A stretch of 64,000 bases of DNA, taken from the IMG/VR virus record IMGVR_UViG_3300012665_000858, one strand, 5' to 3'. Below are positions 9,871 through 19,102 of this stretch, in pieces. This DNA comes from an uncultured virus (IMG/VR IMGVR_UViG_3300012665_000858) (taxonomy: Duplodnaviria > Heunggongvirae > Uroviricota > Caudoviricetes). Position 1 is the stretch's first letter; each line of letters starts with the position of its first letter. A program made the translations under genes and the position numbers. The notes beneath the pieces were generated by a model. The model was not told the DNA's origin. It saw only the letters and a program-made list of their open reading frames with translations, and made no database searches.

Positions 9871-10244
9871 CTGACTTAGAAAGGGCATTAGATGAACGTA
9901 GAGCACCGTGGACTAATATCGAATATAGAACAAAAGACTTCTGGGTATTTAGAGATGCGTACCCTGTTACGGAAGGACATTTGCTTTTTGTGCCAACCTA
10001 CGAAAGATTTGATAACATCGTCGAATGTTTCAAAGGAGCACATAAGTTCGGCTTCGAAGGAGTTGAGTACGAAAGGTGGGACGCATTTAATGTCGGACAA
10101 AACTGTGGCGAGGTTGCTGGTCAGACAGTAATGTATCCACACATACACATGATACCAAGAAGAAAAGGTGACATGGCTGACCCTCGTGGCGGGGTTCGTC
10201 ACGTTATACCGGAGAAAGGAAATTATAATGCAAGTAAGAGTTAA
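9867..10244 (+). CDS. HIT-family nucleotide hydrolase
   Basis: DAYPVTEGHLLFVP, NCGEVAGQTVMYPHIHMIPR (first His of the triad is Tyr). Confidence 0.85.
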   Translation: MTDLERALDERRAPWTNIEYRTKDFWVFRDAYPVTEGHLLFVPTYERFDNIVECFKGAHKFGFEGVEYERWDAFNVGQNCGEVAGQTVMYPHIHMIPRRKGDMADPRGGVRHVIPEKGNYNASKS

Positions 10245-10428
10245 AGAAGATTCTAAAGAATTTGGCAAATGCGGCTGTGGTCGTAGCCCGACAGGTAAAT
10301 GTATCGGTTGGCACGGACTCGAAGAAGGCGAGTTTCGTGAGAAGTTAGCACAGTGGGAATTAGAAGATTATCAGCGTAGAGCACAGGAACTTTGGAATGA
10401 CAGTTGCACAAGTGGAAGATCAGAATAA
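10228..10428 (+). CDS. Small CDGSH-like Fe-S/Zn-finger protein
   Basis: CGCGRSPTGKCIGWH resembles C-x-C-x2-S-x3-P-x-CDGSH; AAGGA RBS before 10228. Confidence 0.6.
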   Translation: MQVRVKEDSKEFGKCGCGRSPTGKCIGWHGLEEGEFREKLAQWELEDYQRRAQELWNDSCTSGRSE

Positions 10429-10618
10429 TGTCTACGTCCACTGGGACGATCGACAAACTGGATTTTGGTGGAATGAAACCTGTGCTATGGTACTAGAAGT
10501 ATTTGGACTACCTGGCGGAAGATATCAAAGCCACCCAGAACATGATTTTATGAAATTTACATTCAACTCAAAAAAGGATGCTGACTTATGTCGGATACTG
10601 TTGTCGGAAAGATTGTAA
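10397..10618 (+). CDS. Hypothetical protein
   Basis: 73-aa ORF in operon context, AGGA RBS. Confidence 0.55.
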   Translation: MTVAQVEDQNNVYVHWDDRQTGFWWNETCAMVLEVFGLPGGRYQSHPEHDFMKFTFNSKKDADLCRILLSERL

Positions 10619-10812
10619 CTGCTGTTCTAATAATTTTGGCTGTGCTAATTCTTGTATTCACTGATTACGGAAGCCAAAGTAAAGTCTACGATTGCGGAAT
10701 GGCCGAGTGGCATCCAGACATTCCAACCACTGTTAAAGAAGAATGTAGGAAACTACGCTACGAAGAATGGCGTCAGCAACGAGATATTGAAAAGAAAACT
10801 ATAAGCACATAG
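10588..10812 (+). CDS. Small membrane-anchored hypothetical protein
   Basis: N-terminal hydrophobic helix, then YDC...WHPD...EEC. Confidence 0.55.
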   Translation: MSDTVVGKIVTAVLIILAVLILVFTDYGSQSKVYDCGMAEWHPDIPTTVKEECRKLRYEEWRQQRDIEKKTIST

Positions 10813-10841
10813 TTGACAAAAACCTAAATAAAGTATATTAT
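10813..10841 (+). promoter_or_regulatory. sigma70-type promoter with embedded TAAATA box
   Basis: TTGACA 10813-10818, 17 nt, TATTAT 10836-10841; TAAATA 10825-10830. Confidence 0.75.
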
Positions 10842-10882
10842 ATTATATAGACATCCTCGTCTATAACTCGGAGAAATTTAAA

Positions 10883-11704
10883 TTGACAGAATCAAGAACA
10901 TTCCAAGCAGACCCGTTGCTAAGTGCAGAAAATAGCAAACCGTTTGTTGAAGACAAATACGTACCGCTAGTAAAGACAGTTTATGTTAAAGCGGCAGATG
11001 CGCCAGGTAACGAAGAAGCGTATCTAGGCGATGCTATTCGCGTTAAAATGAAACGCGACGGCAAAAGATATTGGGCTGGCGACAATATTAGCGACTACGT
11101 TAGTGAAACAGATAAAGAAATCCTAATCAACGAAGCAACAGAAGCATTTGAAAAAGTGTTAGATACATTGCTGATTGATCGTGAAAACGATCCAAATAGT
11201 AAAGGTACAGCCCGTCGACTGGCTAAGATGTACTTCAATGAAATAATGGCAGGAAGATATGAACCAGCACCAGACGCAACAGCGTTTCCAAATGATTCGG
11301 AGGACCGCTACGAAGGTATGTTGGTTGTTCGCAGTGAGCTTCGCAGTATGTGTAGCCATCATCACCAACCCGTTACTGGCGTTGCTTATATTGGTATTAT
11401 TGCGGCTCAGAAACTCATCGGACTTAGCAAGTATACAAGGATCGCCCAGTGGTGTGCCCGTCGAGGTACTCTCCAGGAGGAACTTTGTAATGACATTGCT
11501 AGGGAAATCCAAAAAGCCACAGGCGCAACAGACTTAGGTGTATACATTCAAGCAACACATGGTTGCTGTGAGAATCGTGGCATTATGGCACACAGTTCAT
11601 TGACTCAAACTACAGTACTCAAAGGTGCGTTCAAGGACGACATGGGTACTAAGAAAGAGTTTATGGATAATATTAAAATGCAACAGGAGTTTGCCCCAAG
11701 ATGA
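10883..11704 (+). CDS. folE: GTP cyclohydrolase I
   Basis: TARRLAKMY, SMCSHHHQP, IGLSKYTR, QEEL, HGCCENRG; TTG start after GGAGA. Confidence 0.95.
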   Translation: MTESRTFQADPLLSAENSKPFVEDKYVPLVKTVYVKAADAPGNEEAYLGDAIRVKMKRDGKRYWAGDNISDYVSETDKEILINEATEAFEKVLDTLLIDRENDPNSKGTARRLAKMYFNEIMAGRYEPAPDATAFPNDSEDRYEGMLVVRSELRSMCSHHHQPVTGVAYIGIIAAQKLIGLSKYTRIAQWCARRGTLQEELCNDIAREIQKATGATDLGVYIQATHGCCENRGIMAHSSLTQTTVLKGAFKDDMGTKKEFMDNIKMQQEFAPR

Positions 11705-11919
11705 ATTCAGTAGACATGGCTAACGATTTAATTAATCGTGCAAAAAATTTAAAAAAGTTTGAAGTTAAACGTATACTAGAAAATGGTATTATGTTTACTG
11801 GCGGATCTATTCCGTTCGATATCAAAGGTAAAGACGATTGCTTCTGGATCTATGCTTATGCAGTGACCCAAGAAGAAGCAGAAGCACAAGTAGACTTATG
11901 GCTAAAGGATCGTGTATGA
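11701..11919 (+). CDS. Hypothetical protein
   Basis: ATGA overlap with folE. Confidence 0.6.
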   Translation: MNSVDMANDLINRAKNLKKFEVKRILENGIMFTGGSIPFDIKGKDDCFWIYAYAVTQEEAEAQVDLWLKDRV

Positions 11920-12242
11920 CCATACTCGATAAGTGGCTATATCTTAAAGTACGTGACATGTGGGATAACCGCCACAAGTATTCGCACTATGAAACTAGAG
12001 GTTGGTTAGAGGAGAATCAAAAAATGGCAATTGGAACAGCAATGGTGGAACGTGGTCGCCCCGAAGGCGAGAGTCGCATCACATTTGAATTGAGCACTGC
12101 AATAGGTGGTAAGATTCTCAATGTACGACAGTATGATGATCGGAAAGATAGACACGACCAACAAACATACGTTATTCCTAACGGGGAGGATATTGGTGAG
12201 CGTGTGGCAAAGATTATCAACTTAGAGATGTTCAAACAATGA
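11916..12242 (+). CDS. Hypothetical protein
   Basis: Likely start MTILDKW at 11916 (ATGA overlap). Confidence 0.6.
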   Translation: MTILDKWLYLKVRDMWDNRHKYSHYETRGWLEENQKMAIGTAMVERGRPEGESRITFELSTAIGGKILNVRQYDDRKDRHDQQTYVIPNGEDIGERVAKIINLEMFKQ

Positions 12243-12619
12243 CGCCACAACCAGTTGCAGAAGGTGTCTTGCTCAGAAAAGACTACGGCGATGCCAAAAT
12301 ATATAACATTGTCTGCGAATGTGGAGACTGTGATCACTCTCACGATGTTTGGGTAGAAGCAGAAGACCACGGAATTACTGTAACAATTTATACCCAACAA
12401 AAAACAAAATGGTGGCAATCGAATCGCTGGAAGATTATGTGGACATTGATGACTAAAGGTTATGTTGAGCGTGAATCTGTTCTTATAATGAGTGAACAGC
12501 AGGCTCTAAACTATGCCAATGTATTGCAGTCAGCAGTTAAAGATGTTAAAATGTTTAAAGTAGGACGCAAAGAAAAATCCGTAACAGGAAAATTAGCAGA
12601 ACAAGGTGATTGTGTATGA
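12239..12619 (+). CDS. Hypothetical protein with CECGDCDH motif
   Basis: ATGA overlaps; possible metal-binding Cys/His cluster. Confidence 0.6.
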   Translation: MTPQPVAEGVLLRKDYGDAKIYNIVCECGDCDHSHDVWVEAEDHGITVTIYTQQKTKWWQSNRWKIMWTLMTKGYVERESVLIMSEQQALNYANVLQSAVKDVKMFKVGRKEKSVTGKLAEQGDCV

Positions 12620-13476
12620 GCAAAATTAAAATAGCAGAATTGTTTTATTCAATTCAAGGTGAAGGACGTTACATGGGTGTACCGTCCGTTTTCTTACGAA
12701 CATTTGGTTGTAATTTCAAATGCGCTGGCTTTGGTATGCCACGTGATACAATTAGTATCGAAGCAGATGACATTGCATATACACATGCGAATATAGAGGC
12801 GTTTCAAAAGTATGAAGAACTTCCTTTGGTATCTACAGGTTGTGATAGTTATGCTAGTTGGCATCCTGCTTTTAAGGATCTTAGTCCAATGCTCACTTCA
12901 GACGCAATCGCCGACAGAATCTCGGAAATCATTCCTTTTGGAGAATGGAGAGACGAGCATCTCGTCATCACTGGAGGGGAACCTTTGCTTGGATGGCAAC
13001 GGGCGTACCCAGATTTGCTCGACAACGAAAAAATGAAATCGTTAAAAGAAATCACGTTTGAAACAAATGGTACTCAAAAATTAACTACAGAATTTAAACA
13101 CTATCTTACAGTATGGAAAGGCCTTCCACGACAAAAGCGTGAGATTACATTTAGTGTAAGTGCTAAATTACCATGTAGTGGAGAGAAGTGGGAAGATGCA
13201 ATTTGCCCAGAAATAGTTTGTGAATATGAAGAAGTTGGCACAGCATACTTGAAGTTTGTTATTGCCACTGAAGCAGATTTCGAAGATGCTAAATGCGCCA
13301 TTGCCGCTTATCGTAAAGCAGGGTTTAAAGGACATGTTTATCTAATGCCAGTAGGTGGCGTAGAAAGTGTCTATGCGTTGAATAATCGTCGTGTAGCGGA
13401 TCTAGCGATGAAAGAAGGGCTACGATATAGCGACAGATTACAAGTGCCGTTATTTAAAAATGAGTGGGGAACTTAA
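12616..13476 (+). CDS. queE: 7-carboxy-7-deazaguanine synthase (radical SAM)
   Basis: ELFYSIQGEG, VFLRTFGCN, ITGGEP, FETNG, YLMP, RLQV. Confidence 0.92.
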   Translation: MSKIKIAELFYSIQGEGRYMGVPSVFLRTFGCNFKCAGFGMPRDTISIEADDIAYTHANIEAFQKYEELPLVSTGCDSYASWHPAFKDLSPMLTSDAIADRISEIIPFGEWRDEHLVITGGEPLLGWQRAYPDLLDNEKMKSLKEITFETNGTQKLTTEFKHYLTVWKGLPRQKREITFSVSAKLPCSGEKWEDAICPEIVCEYEEVGTAYLKFVIATEADFEDAKCAIAAYRKAGFKGHVYLMPVGGVESVYALNNRRVADLAMKEGLRYSDRLQVPLFKNEWGT

Positions 13477-13907
13477 TGAAACAATTTATACAAAAACTGT
13501 TTGGCATTGATAAGATCTTAGAACAAGCAGAGGCGGCAAAACAAGTGGCAGAAGCGGCTACTGTTGCCGCTGAACGTGCCAAAGAAGCAGAATCACAAGC
13601 CAAAATGACTCCAAAAGAGCGTGCCACTGCACGTGGAGAACCGTGGGTCGCTGTTTTGGAAACACACATTAATAAAGATAATCTAAAGAATGGTTTCTTC
13701 GAGATTGACTGGAACGATGAATTTGTGTTACAATTGAAACAAGCAGGCTACGGTTTTGACGGCGATCCTTCAGAAGAGATTGTGGATCGTTGGTTTAGAG
13801 AACTTTGTAAAAATGTGGCCAGTGAAGAGGGCGTCGATATGACAGATAGAGGCGCAGGGTTTATTAACGTTAAAAAGATTGCCGAAGGCAAATCCGAGGT
13901 TTCATGA
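13476..13907 (+). CDS. Hypothetical protein
   Basis: Start MKQF at 13476 (TAATG coupling); coiled N-terminus, GFFEIDWN core. Confidence 0.7.
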   Translation: MKQFIQKLFGIDKILEQAEAAKQVAEAATVAAERAKEAESQAKMTPKERATARGEPWVAVLETHINKDNLKNGFFEIDWNDEFVLQLKQAGYGFDGDPSEEIVDRWFRELCKNVASEEGVDMTDRGAGFINVKKIAEGKSEVS

Positions 13908-14872
13908 CATATATTTTAGTAGATACTGCTAACACATTCTTCCGTGCAAGGCACGTTATCAAAGGAGATGCTGACATTAAGCTCGGCATGGCCTTTCACA
14001 TTACTTTAAACAGTATCAAAAAGGCATGGCAAGACTTTGGCGGTAGTCATGTAGTGTTCTGCCTCGAAGGTCGTTCGTGGCGTAAGGACTATTATGCTCC
14101 GTATAAACGAAATCGTAGTGATGCTCGTGCGGCACTTACTGTAAAAGAACAAGAAGAAGATCAGCTCTTTTGGGAGAGCTTCGATAAGTTTAAAGAGTTC
14201 GTATCTGAGAAGACTAATTGCACTGTACTACAGCACGGTGAGCTTGAAGCAGACGATTTAATTGCAGGGTGGATACAAAGTCATCCTGAAGCAAAACACG
14301 TGATCATTTCGACAGACAGCGATTTTTATCAGTTAATTGCGCCCAATGTTAGCCAATATAATGGTGTACAAGAACATCATATTACGCACGAAGGCGTGTT
14401 TGATAAAAAAGGCAAAATGGTTATAGACAATAAAACTAAGGAACCTAAGGCTATTCCTGACCCTAAATGGTTATTGTTTGAGAAATGTATTCGTGGCGAC
14501 AGTAGCGATAATGTCTTTAGTGCATATCCTAAGGTACGTGTTAACAAACTGCAAGAAGCATTTAAGGATCGCGAGTCGCAAGGATTCGCGTGGAACAATC
14601 TCATGCTTCAGCGTTGGGTTGACCATAAAGGCGAAGAGCATCGTGTTAAAGATGACTACGAACGTAATCGACAACTTATAGACTTGGCCGCACAGCCTAG
14701 CGACATTAAAGATAAAATTTTTGGAACTATTAAAGATAATATCGACAAAGAAAAGAATGTAGAACAAGTTGGTATACGTCTATTAAAGTTTTGTCAGTTG
14801 TATGATCTTAAGAAGATTTCAGATCAAGCACAGCAGTACGCTGAGCCACTTAATGCAAGATATCATAAATGA
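13904..14872 (+). CDS. rnh: T4 RNase H-like 5'-3' exonuclease (FEN/PIN fold)
   Basis: ILVD.N.FFR, SWRKDYYAPYKRNR, EADDLI, ISTDSDFYQL, GDSSDNV. Confidence 0.9.
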   Translation: MTYILVDTANTFFRARHVIKGDADIKLGMAFHITLNSIKKAWQDFGGSHVVFCLEGRSWRKDYYAPYKRNRSDARAALTVKEQEEDQLFWESFDKFKEFVSEKTNCTVLQHGELEADDLIAGWIQSHPEAKHVIISTDSDFYQLIAPNVSQYNGVQEHHITHEGVFDKKGKMVIDNKTKEPKAIPDPKWLLFEKCIRGDSSDNVFSAYPKVRVNKLQEAFKDRESQGFAWNNLMLQRWVDHKGEEHRVKDDYERNRQLIDLAAQPSDIKDKIFGTIKDNIDKEKNVEQVGIRLLKFCQLYDLKKISDQAQQYAEPLNARYHK

Positions 14873-14892
14873 TTAATAGTCAGGAGAACATT

Positions 14893-15372
14893 ATGACAGA
14901 GATACACGCCAAGCCGGTAGTCGATGGTAAATTTTGGATTGTCGAAGAAAACGGCAGTAAGGTAGGAGTATTAAAAATTACAGAACAGAAAAAATATATC
15001 TTTAGTTCTAAAAATGCTATCACTACCTTCGATACTAAAAAGAAAATTGTGGAACAATTTGGTCCAGAATTTTTTATAAAGAAGAATATCGAAAAGAAAG
15101 TTAAAACAGAAGAGGATTTAGAAGTGCATGGGTATGCTACTAGCACACTTCCATATAATCCGTTATTCGATGTTAAGCGTCATTTGCCATTATTTACAAA
15201 GAGTAATAAATCTAAAAGCGTTTATTGCGCCGGCTACTACATTATTCAATTCGATAAAGGCTGGGTGCGTAGTTTCTGTCCTAAACTGATTACTATCGAA
15301 CGGTATCCGTATGAAGGTCCGTTTAAAACAGAAATAGAGATGAAGCACAGGTTATCAAATGCAAGAAAATAA
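14893..15372 (+). CDS. Hypothetical protein
   Basis: Start MTEIHAK after AGGAG RBS. Confidence 0.7.
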   Translation: MTEIHAKPVVDGKFWIVEENGSKVGVLKITEQKKYIFSSKNAITTFDTKKKIVEQFGPEFFIKKNIEKKVKTEEDLEVHGYATSTLPYNPLFDVKRHLPLFTKSNKSKSVYCAGYYIIQFDKGWVRSFCPKLITIERYPYEGPFKTEIEMKHRLSNARK

Positions 15373-15601
15373 AATTAATACTGCGGTAATACAACAAGTA
15401 CTTCAGACAATCAAAGGGGCCGAGTTAGGCAACCAACGTGAAGTTAGATTGGATATTGCCACTGCTAAAAATCTTGCGTATACACTAGGTTTGGTTATGA
15501 CCAGACTGGCCGGTAACTACGAAGGACTTATTCAAGAATCACGTAAAGACGATTCTGTGGTTAAGGTAGAAATGGACGGAGGGTCCTGGGACAAAAATTA
15601 A
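15359..15601 (+). CDS. Hypothetical protein
   Basis: 80-aa ORF overlapping the upstream gene. Confidence 0.6.
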   Translation: MQENKINTAVIQQVLQTIKGAELGNQREVRLDIATAKNLAYTLGLVMTRLAGNYEGLIQESRKDDSVVKVEMDGGSWDKN

Positions 15602-15644
15602 CAAATTTTGGATAAATATATACGTACATTATCGAGGAACGTAT

Positions 15645-15929
15645 ATGAGTCGACCAAAGCCCACAGTTGTATTGGAAAAGATTAATAAAAAAACGTATAA
15701 AAGCGACCAAATTTTAGAAGCCGAGGCAATTTGGGCTGTGTTTTTTCAAGGTAAACCTTTTAATCTAAAAAGTCAAAATAGCCTCGGCGGTTATCCTGGT
15801 AGCAAGTACAAAAAAGTTAGTTTTAGTAATCCAGGTCACGCACACAACTTAGCAAAGAAATTGAACACTTTGTTTAACTCAACCGACTTTGCTGTCTATA
15901 AATTGACCACCGGCGAAGAAATTAAATGA
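15645..15929 (+). CDS. Basic hypothetical protein
   Basis: TAAATA box at 15613-15618 and GAGGA RBS upstream. Confidence 0.7.
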   Translation: MSRPKPTVVLEKINKKTYKSDQILEAEAIWAVFFQGKPFNLKSQNSLGGYPGSKYKKVSFSNPGHAHNLAKKLNTLFNSTDFAVYKLTTGEEIK

Positions 15930-16327
15930 ACACCAAACAGGCCTATACAAAGATTTTTATAAAAGAATCCGGAGAGGCTCTGAGCGAAGAAAATATCAAA
16001 CTCAAAACAAGACTGTGGTGGAAAAACAACAGAGCCAAAGAGCGGGAAAGTCTTAGAATAACGGACGAAGGTCTAAGATATCTTACAACGGTTTTGGATA
16101 TCAAAGTTTACGAAGTACCATTTCCTCCAGATTTGGATTTGAAACCTCAAGTATTACTATATTTGGATAAATTTTTGGACTGTCCATATCACCTTACCGA
16201 AACTGCTATTACAGTTTTGAGCGAGCGCAAAGCGATTGAACTACATTTATTTTCGGGCGATGTAAGAAAATACGGTTTAATTAAAGCAATGAAGCGCGAA
16301 TTACCAAAAACACACAAAACTTTTTAA
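15926..16327 (+). CDS. Hypothetical protein
   Basis: 133 aa, ATGA overlap. Confidence 0.7.
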   Translation: MNTKQAYTKIFIKESGEALSEENIKLKTRLWWKNNRAKERESLRITDEGLRYLTTVLDIKVYEVPFPPDLDLKPQVLLYLDKFLDCPYHLTETAITVLSERKAIELHLFSGDVRKYGLIKAMKRELPKTHKTF

Positions 16328-16335
16328 GAATCACG

Positions 16336-16364
16336 TTGACAAACTTGCGGAGTTGCGTTATACT
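16336..16364 (+). promoter_or_regulatory. sigma70-type promoter
   Basis: TTGACA 16336-16341, 17 nt, TATACT 16359-16364. Confidence 0.8.
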
Positions 16365-16414
16365 AATGATACTGCGAAATTAGTTGCAATCATTTTTTAA
16401 CACAGGAGCATGTA

Positions 16415-17515
16415 ATGGCAAAAGCAGAAGTAGTCAATCGTCAAGTTAGTCCTAATGGCGCTAAAAGTGCTATTCGTAAAGCATTTAAGAAACAGCGTCC
16501 GTTGTTCCTTTGGGGTCCTCCAGGTATTGGTAAATCCGATATTATCCATCAACTGGGCGGTGAGATGAATGCTCATGTTATCGATATTCGTCTAAGTCTT
16601 TGGGAACCGACAGATATCAAAGGTATTCCGTATTTTGACAGCAATTCCGGTACTATGGTTTGGGGTTCGCCTTCCGAACTACCTACCGAAGAAATGGCTA
16701 GTAAGTATCCTAATGTTATTTTGTTCTTGGACGAAATGAACAGTGCGGCTCCTAGCGTACAGGCGGCGGCTTATCAACTTATTTTGAATCGTCGTGTTGG
16801 ACAATATCGTCTGCCCGATAACGTGCTGATTGTTGCCGCTGGTAACCGTGAAGCAGATAAAGGCGTTACTTATCGTATGCCTGCTCCGCTGGCTAACCGT
16901 TTTGTTCACTTGGAAATGCGTGTGGACTTTGATGACTGGTCTATGTGGGCTACTAATAACCGTGTACACAAAGATGTGGTTGGTTACTGTACTTTTGCCA
17001 AGAAAGACTTGTACGACTTTGATCCAAAATCTTCAAGCCGTGCGTTTGCTACTCCACGTTCATGGTCCTTTGTAAGTGAACTGTTAGAAGACGATGATAC
17101 ATCCGATGACACACTAATGGACCTTATTGCAGGCGCAGTAGGTGAAGGATTGGCTATTAAGTTTATGGCACACCGAAAAGTGTCTAGTAAATTGCCTAAG
17201 CCAGAAGATATTTTGGCAGGTAAAATTAAAAAACTAGATAGCAAGATTGAAATCAGTGCTATGTACTCTTTGACTGTGTCTATGTGCTACGAGCTCAAAG
17301 ATTCTACAGAAAAGCAAGATAAGAAGTTTGACGAAAAGGTTAATAACTTCTTCCGTTTCATGATGGATAATTTTGAAACTGAATTGGTTGTTATGGGCAC
17401 AAAACTTGCACTTACCCAATATCAACTTCCGTTGGATCCAGACGAAATCGAATGTTTCGACGAGTTCCACGACAAGTTTGGTAAGTACATCGCGGCCGCA
17501 CAGGACAAGCGATAA
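16415..17515 (+). CDS. MoxR/dynein-related AAA+ ATPase
   Basis: Walker A GPPGIGKS, Walker B LFLDEMN, AAGNR, LANRF, TPRSW. Confidence 0.9.
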   Translation: MAKAEVVNRQVSPNGAKSAIRKAFKKQRPLFLWGPPGIGKSDIIHQLGGEMNAHVIDIRLSLWEPTDIKGIPYFDSNSGTMVWGSPSELPTEEMASKYPNVILFLDEMNSAAPSVQAAAYQLILNRRVGQYRLPDNVLIVAAGNREADKGVTYRMPAPLANRFVHLEMRVDFDDWSMWATNNRVHKDVVGYCTFAKKDLYDFDPKSSSRAFATPRSWSFVSELLEDDDTSDDTLMDLIAGAVGEGLAIKFMAHRKVSSKLPKPEDILAGKIKKLDSKIEISAMYSLTVSMCYELKDSTEKQDKKFDEKVNNFFRFMMDNFETELVVMGTKLALTQYQLPLDPDEIECFDEFHDKFGKYIAAAQDKR

Positions 17516-17519
17516 CCAA

Positions 17520-17547
17520 AATAGAGGTGCTTTACTGCACCTCTATT
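17520..17547. terminator. Inverted repeat, probable terminator
   Basis: AATAGAGGTGC-tttact-GCACCTCTATT perfect 11-bp stem just after the ATPase stop. Confidence 0.65.
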
Positions 17548-17548
17548 C

Positions 17549-17577
17549 TTGACAAAATATAGAAACGACTGTATAAT
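17549..17577 (+). promoter_or_regulatory. sigma70-type promoter
   Basis: TTGACA 17549-17554, 17 nt, TATAAT 17572-17577. Confidence 0.85.
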
Positions 17578-17607
17578 ATATACATACAGTAAAGAAACGG
17601 AGCATAA

Positions 17608-18786
17608 ATGTCACATTCACTAGATCCAATTATTGACAAGATTGTTGTAGCACGAGTCGGATTGCTATTACGACATCCATTTTTTGGTAACATGGCTACT
17701 CGTATGAAACTGGTTGATGCCAGCGATTGGTTGCCCACAGCCGCAACAGACTTCCGTAATTTCTATTTTAATAGAGACTTCTTTGAAAAAATGACTCCGC
17801 GTCAAGTAGAGTTTGTCGTTGCACATGAAATTTTGCATTGTGTTTATGACCACATGATGCGTAACGAAGGTCGAGATAAACAAGTTTGGAATATTGCCGC
17901 TGACTATTGTGTTAACGGTTTGCTAAAACGTGAACGTATCGGTGACGATCCTCCTGTTAAGTTCTTTTATGACCGTAAATACGATACATGGAGTGCTGAA
18001 CAGGTATATGACGAAATTTACGAAAAATACGACCAAGAACAACTTTCTGCATTAGGCGAAATGTTGGACGAACATTTGGATCCCGACAAAGACGGCGATG
18101 GTAACGGTCCAAAATATTCTAAAGAAGAATTGAAGAAAATTCGTGACGAGATTAAAGAAGCAATGATACAAGCGGCACAAGCCGCAGGTGCAGGTAATGT
18201 GCCTGGCGACATTGCTCGCATGATTAAAGAAATGACAGAACCTAAAATGAACTGGCGCGAACTACTGCGTCAGCAAATTCAAAGTACTGTTAAAAATGAC
18301 TTTAGTTGGGCCAAGCCAAGTCGCAAAGGTCAAATGACTGGTGCTATTTTGCCAGGTTGTAATTTTGATACTAGTATTGATATCTGCGTATCGTTAGACA
18401 TGTCTGGTTCAATTACTGATGCAATGGGCATGGACTTCCTTGGAGAAATTAAAGGCATTATGGAGGAGTTTAAAGACTTCAACATTAAAATCTGGTGCTT
18501 TGATACTAAGGTGTACAACGAACAAGACTTCGATGGTTATACCGCAGAAGAAATTTCTGAATACGAATTAATGGGCGGTGGCGGTACTGACTTTACTTGT
18601 AACTGGGAATACATGAAGGAACACGATATTAACCCTAAGAAGTTTATCATGTTTACTGATGGTTATCCTTGGGATAGTTGGGGAGACGAAGACTACTGTG
18701 ATACAATCTTTGTAATTCACGGCAATGATACCATTGTTCCACCATTCGGAACTCATGCGTATTACGAGTTTCCAGATAAAAAGTAA
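17608..18786 (+). CDS. Metallopeptidase-like plus VWA domain protein (DUF2201-type MoxR partner)
   Basis: TAATD, AHEILH (HExxH), WNIAADY, MIDAS DMSGS, GGGGTDF, FTDGYP. Confidence 0.85.
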   Translation: MSHSLDPIIDKIVVARVGLLLRHPFFGNMATRMKLVDASDWLPTAATDFRNFYFNRDFFEKMTPRQVEFVVAHEILHCVYDHMMRNEGRDKQVWNIAADYCVNGLLKRERIGDDPPVKFFYDRKYDTWSAEQVYDEIYEKYDQEQLSALGEMLDEHLDPDKDGDGNGPKYSKEELKKIRDEIKEAMIQAAQAAGAGNVPGDIARMIKEMTEPKMNWRELLRQQIQSTVKNDFSWAKPSRKGQMTGAILPGCNFDTSIDICVSLDMSGSITDAMGMDFLGEIKGIMEEFKDFNIKIWCFDTKVYNEQDFDGYTAEEISEYELMGGGGTDFTCNWEYMKEHDINPKKFIMFTDGYPWDSWGDEDYCDTIFVIHGNDTIVPPFGTHAYYEFPDKK

Positions 18787-19070
18787 TGACAAATACTATT
18801 AAGATAAACCCGCTTAATGTGTTAGGATACAGGGAGGTGCAAGATCCGCCTCCCTATTTCCATTATCAATATTTGGATCTTAAGTACAATATCGTTGGGT
18901 CTGTTAAAGATTGGATCTACGAAAATCTAAAACACCGCTTTTATATCGGTGAATGCTTGGTATTAGAAAACAATCAATATAAAACCAAAATTAAGATTGG
19001 GTTTGAAGAGCCTAAAGAGGCCAGTTTCTTTTTACTAGCGTGTTCACATTTAAAGTACCTAAATAATTAA
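18786..19070 (+). CDS. Hypothetical protein
   Basis: TAATG coupling to the upstream gene. Confidence 0.6.
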   Translation: MTNTIKINPLNVLGYREVQDPPPYFHYQYLDLKYNIVGSVKDWIYENLKHRFYIGECLVLENNQYKTKIKIGFEEPKEASFFLLACSHLKYLNN

Positions 19071-19102
19071 CTGCATATATAATAATACAAAGGAGTATAA
19101 TT

